From IMG/VR virus record IMGVR_UViG_3300037245_003898: a DNA stretch of 60,124 nt, one strand, 5' to 3'. This stretch comes from an uncultured virus (IMG/VR IMGVR_UViG_3300037245_003898) (lineage: Duplodnaviria; Heunggongvirae; Uroviricota; Caudoviricetes). Of the stretch, positions 56,279 through 60,124 are shown one piece after another. The notes under the pieces were generated by a model. That model was given only the letters and a program-made list of their open reading frames with translations. It was not told the DNA's origin and did no database searches. The position numbers and the translations under genes are program-made. Each line of letters opens with the position of its first letter. Within the stretch, counting starts at the first letter, position 1.

Positions 56279-59200
56279 TACCCAAATACTCCTTGCCCAG
56301 GTGTTACATCAATCAAACGAACCTGGTCATAAGAAAAAACATAGAGCCAATGCTCATCCGATGTCTCATAAAGCAGCAACTTGTGGATTGCTCCAAAGTC
56401 GTCTATAAGATAGTTCTTCCAGACATTCCCATCGCCCTCTTCCTCGTCAAAGAACCTGTAAATCTTTGAGTTGCTGCCACAGCAGTAAAGTGCGTCCGTT
56501 CCGATAGCTATATCATTGACCTCGACAGCAACAGATGTTTGAATATCGTCGTCGATCTCTTCTAGCCCGAAAGAGATGCTATCAGACAGGATAGAGTTAC
56601 CATCATTATAGAGCCCTACATCAGTCCCCACGAACGTCAAATCTTTGTAACGAGCAAAAGCATTAACTACGGTGGCCCCGTTGTTGGTTATTCGTCCCGT
56701 AGAAAAGAACTCAAGACCCATATTTGAGCGGTAGAAATAACGATCCGACTCCGCAACCAAAAATGTTGATTGATGGATCTTTCGGACAGGAGACTGAAAA
56801 GCTGTCGTGGCTGCTGCGTTTGCGTTTAACAAAGTGGCTGCATACCATTGACCAAAGTTGTTATCAGAATAGTATATGCCACTTTCCGATCCTGAGACTA
56901 AGTTGCCACCGATGATACGTAAATTGTAGAACCTCTCGGGCAAGTCAATGACCTCCTCTGCTGTCCAGGTGGTTCCAAAATTGTCTGTTTTGTACAAAAT
57001 CCCTTCTCTGGTGCTTGGATTCTCAACAACAACATATACCGTATCTGTTCTGAATATGTAGATATCCCAGATGTAAAGCCCTTCTATCCCCCCAGGAAGA
57101 ACGACATCTTCTAAGTTGAGTTTTCCATCAGATTCAATTCTGTACTGAAGGATGTTAGCATCGGTTGCTACCCATATTTTGTTGTTAAAATAAGGATCTT
57201 CTATGAATAAAGCAATGGAGTTAGCGAATCTCGATGAGGTCAGTTGGCTAATTCGCACAATTGTGTCATAATCTACAGTGGAATTCAGGGTATCATACCA
57301 GGCGTTGGTATAAGCAGCATAATATTTGCTCTGGATGTTCGAAGCATTATATCGGTCAAACATGTAATTGTGCTGGCCTTCCATGAAAATGCCCGCTTTG
57401 ATAAAGTTGGTATATGCGGCTCTCGCCAAGTGGGATGTGAGCCCTGAGTTGACCCCCTCCATCGCTGTCTCTAGCTCTCGATGAGTATGCTCCCCAGTGT
57501 TTTGTACATTGGCGTTGAAGATTGTGGCTTGCATCTTCTCAAACTTATGAAAAGTGAATTTCGCTCGGTCTTCCGGGCTGGTGGCATTGGCGTAAGCCTG
57601 CAAGAAATCTACGGAACCTGTAGTAACATCAATTGTGATGCTCGTTGCATCGTCCGCTTCGAAATCTTCCTTCTCTTCCAGAAGAGCAGCGCGGCTACCA
57701 GCGACCCTGTCTACCCTTCCGAGTCCCGTAGACAGTATGGGTGGAAGTTCTAAAATTACTCTCTCGCCATCTACTTCTCGGTCACGAAGGCTGGGGATAA
57801 TTAGCTTAAGAAAGCGGCTATAGTCATCCATGAACTGGATCAAATTAGTGGTATTGACCCCATTCTCTCCTGTGTCATCGTTAACAGTGGATATGGTTGT
57901 TATGTCAGCCAGAACTGCATTTTTATATGTGGTAGCATCAGGTTGTAAACTGTTGAAGTCTGTCAATTCGGGCAAGGTTTGTATTTGGCCATCGATGGCC
58001 TGTAACTCAGAAATAATGTCAGCGTCACTTAAGTCCCAGTCAAGCCAGGTGGGAAAACCATTGCGATAAATAAACACATCAGCTTCCGGCTGGGTAAAGG
58101 CCCAGCCTCCGTTTACGGCAATCCATATCCGTCGAGGCAAATAGGCTGCCGTAACAGTTGTGTTGACCTCCACTGGCTCTCGAAAACAAACCACGTTGTT
58201 GAACGAGTTATAGATGAAACCCAATGTTCTTTCTGTGTCATCCACAAAGAAACTTGGCATTTCTTTATTCCATTCTCGTTTCAGCTTAAGAACGTTGCTT
58301 TCGGATGATGTCATGAGCCTGTTTTCTTGACCGAGAAACAGTTTCTCTCCCAGCTCCCCCATGTCAACTGCATCTAACCCAAAAACAACCCCTGTGAATC
58401 CATTGCGGTTAAGATCGGCAAGGGTTCTTTCAAATGTAACATCAATAGTCCCAGGTGCAGTAAGCGTGTCTTGGCTGTTTGTATATATTCCCGAACCAGT
58501 AGATACATAAAGCCTTCCGACAAATAGCTCCATCATCCATATGTCGAACACTTCATGTTGCTCTTCGAAGTCTGCTATTGTTTGAAAGTTCATATCTGTT
58601 TCAAGCTTACGGAGAATGTGTTTTCTTGTGCAAGCCAGGATGACTTCCGTGTCAGGGTTGCTACTAATATCAAACATCTGATAAGCAACTAACCCAGCAG
58701 TATCCATGCCAGTATCAATCCAAGTGCGTCCTTTGTTGGTGGTTTTGTATACTCCGACTTCAGTTGACACCCAAATCTCATCGATACCTGAAGATGGCTG
58801 ATAGTGATATAACGCATACGCATCAGTAGAGAAGGCGTTGATTGGTTGTGTTTGTCTGAACTGAGCAAATCTATTTAGCAGAGTTACTTCCAGCCAATAA
58901 ACCCCCTTCTCAGTGGAAATATACATATCGCGGTCAGCATCTTCAGTGATATCACGAATATACTGAACACCCGTTGTCCCGCCGATCACAAACCAATATG
59001 CGGGATCCACTGCCAACAACACCTCATTCGCTGTGATGGCCCACAAAAAATTGTTTGTCGAGCGGTAGAACTTATGAACAGGGGTAGTTGTCAAACGAGC
59101 AAGAGTCCAATTAACACCAAAGTCCCGCGATACCAAAATCCCTTGGCTTGTACCCGCAACTAAGACATCGCTGAGTTGCTCTATCTCATCGATGTAAATC

Positions 59201-60123
59201 ACAAATGGTCCAGTCGCATTGGCATCGTCAGGATTTACAGTAAACCCAATATGTTCGAGGACTCCATATCCTCGACCAAGTACACCGTCGCCATCCTGGT
59301 AGCTTTTGATACCTGCCCGAGTAAGATCGATATCGATTTCTTGCCAATCATCGCTGGCAGGGATTAGTTGTCCTTTGGGGGCTCTGTTGCCAAAATCATC
59401 AGTGAGCACATCGGATAGGCCCACCCATTCAATTGGACCCGTAGTCCCTCCATCCTCTCCGACTGTGGCTGTCGTCTGACCTGTCTCTCGGATTCCCAAG
59501 GTTAGATATACTGATGCGTTATCATTCAGAATACGGAAACGCAAGCGTTTGCCTAAATCGACAATGGGGTTGGGTTTGATGGCTGTATCTTCTGTGGTTA
59601 CTCTGATCCACCGTGTTGGTGAATCATCCGCAAACTCAAAAGCCAATCTATAGGATTTGTTGCTCTGGAAACCTCCTGTGTCGCTATCTACTCCCGCCGA
59701 CGCAACCGTATAACTAATCTCCAGTTTGGGTTGCAGCGTCCCATAGGATTCCGCAGTTCTGTGGTGATTTGCAGTTGTTGTTCCCAAAGTCTCTATCTTA
59801 AAGATAATGTGACGACCTTCAAAATAACCTTCATCGGCCATAAAAGTCTGAATCAGGCTGGTCACCTCAACAGTGGTGTTATCACTTTGTTCTCCTGCGG
59901 TCCAAGCAGGAGGAACCCAATTCACAGTACCAACAGTCGAAACTGCGGTGATTGTTTCAGAGGAGAGATCTACGCTATCTGCAAAACCTGCGGGATTCAG
60001 GATAGATACCTGTAGTCTTACATTGTCGCCTGCCGAAGCCTCTGTGTCATGAGCAGTGAGTATCAAATTGGCTGATGAAATCAGACTGTATCGTAGAGCA
60101 TTGACAGGGAATCGAAGATAAGT
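56278..60123 (-). CDS. large virion protein with BNR/beta-propeller repeats (5' end beyond window)
   Basis: The frame stays open upstream of 60066 to the window edge (TYLRFPVN...SSANLILTA). Asp-box-like motifs SRDFGVNW, TTNKGRTW, TDNFGTTW, SDNNFGQW. Confidence 0.8.
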   Translation of the reverse strand, partial: TYLRFPVNALRYSLISSANLILTAHDTEASAGDNVRLQVSILNPAGFADSVDLSSETITAVSTVGTVNWVPPAWTAGEQSDNTTVEVTSLIQTFMADEGYFEGRHIIFKIETLGTTTANHHRTAESYGTLQPKLEISYTVASAGVDSDTGGFQSNKSYRLAFEFADDSPTRWIRVTTEDTAIKPNPIVDLGKRLRFRILNDNASVYLTLGIRETGQTTATVGEDGGTTGPIEWVGLSDVLTDDFGNRAPKGQLIPASDDWQEIDIDLTRAGIKSYQDGDGVLGRGYGVLEHIGFTVNPDDANATGPFVIYIDEIEQLSDVLVAGTSQGILVSRDFGVNWTLARLTTTPVHKFYRSTNNFLWAITANEVLLAVDPAYWFVIGGTTGVQYIRDITEDADRDMYISTEKGVYWLEVTLLNRFAQFRQTQPINAFSTDAYALYHYQPSSGIDEIWVSTEVGVYKTTNKGRTWIDTGMDTAGLVAYQMFDISSNPDTEVILACTRKHILRKLETDMNFQTIADFEEQHEVFDIWMMELFVGRLYVSTGSGIYTNSQDTLTAPGTIDVTFERTLADLNRNGFTGVVFGLDAVDMGELGEKLFLGQENRLMTSSESNVLKLKREWNKEMPSFFVDDTERTLGFIYNSFNNVVCFREPVEVNTTVTAAYLPRRIWIAVNGGWAFTQPEADVFIYRNGFPTWLDWDLSDADIISELQAIDGQIQTLPELTDFNSLQPDATTYKNAVLADITTISTVNDDTGENGVNTTNLIQFMDDYSRFLKLIIPSLRDREVDGERVILELPPILSTGLGRVDRVAGSRAALLEEKEDFEADDATSITIDVTTGSVDFLQAYANATSPEDRAKFTFHKFEKMQATIFNANVQNTGEHTHRELETAMEGVNSGLTSHLARAAYTNFIKAGIFMEGQHNYMFDRYNASNIQSKYYAAYTNAWYDTLNSTVDYDTIVRISQLTSSRFANSIALFIEDPYFNNKIWVATDANILQYRIESDGKLNLEDVVLPGGIEGLYIWDIYIFRTDTVYVVVENPSTREGILYKTDNFGTTWTAEEVIDLPERFYNLRIIGGNLVSGSESGIYYSDNNFGQWYAATLLNANAAATTAFQSPVRKIHQSTFLVAESDRYFYRSNMGLEFFSTGRITNNGATVVNAFARYKDLTFVGTDVGLYNDGNSILSDSISFGLEEIDDDIQTSVAVEVNDIAIGTDALYCCGSNSKIYRFFDEEEGDGNVWKNYLIDDFGAIHKLLLYETSDEHWLYVFSYDQVRLIDVTPGQGVFG

Positions 60124-60124
60124 T

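Larger units (their letters stand above)
1..60124 (-). mobile_element. segment of a large dsDNA phage (jumbo/huge phage-like) genome
   Basis: Unidirectional dense genes, gp32-like SSB, UvsW-like helicase, Gam-like protein, orphan MTases, many ORFans, giant tail-like proteins; no ribosomal or metabolic operons. No terminase or capsid gene seen in the window. Confidence 0.8.

Noticed and set aside
1890..60015. All other plus-strand ORFs and short nested minus-strand ORFs in the track
   Set aside because: They lie within well-supported minus-strand genes and show no recognisable motifs.
60064..60066. TTG start for the last ORF
   Set aside because: The frame is open to the window edge and the upstream residues look like part of the same domain.
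1..60124. Alternative genetic code (stop-codon reassignment) as seen in some huge phages
   Set aside because: TAA, TAG and TGA all terminate genes at tight junctions, and coding density is already near complete under code 11.

Overview
This window is a gene-dense segment in which essentially every credible gene is on the minus strand. It is most consistent with a large (jumbo/huge) tailed dsDNA phage or a related phage-like element; the host cannot be assigned from the sequence. In transcription order (right to left) it holds four blocks. (1) Very large virion/adhesin-like genes at 44.7-60.1 kb, including a 3130-aa vWA/LamG/FN3/Kelch/Ig protein. (2) Glycosyltransferases and hypothetical genes. 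(3) A block with six DNA methyltransferases, two PD-(D/E)XK nuclease-like genes, a family-4 UDG, IF3, a Ycf46-like AAA+ ATPase, DnaC-like and DnaB-like proteins and a primase zinc finger. (4) A replication/recombination block: ClpP, DnaE split into two genes, gp32-like SSB, RecA, primase TOPRIM core, Cas4-like nuclease, a SigH-like sigma with an insertion, SpoVS, Gam-like protein and UvrD. The most notable observations are a ~330-nt highly structured candidate ncRNA on the opposite (+) strand at about 34729-35060 with its own sigma70-like promoter, an intein-less split DnaE flanking a CYTH/P-loop fusion gene, a split DnaG primase, a recurrent -10-only GTATAAT promoter (twice positioned for leaderless mRNA), and a vWA domain whose two halves lie about 2,250 residues apart. 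All family calls come from reading motifs by eye; no searches or folding programs were run.
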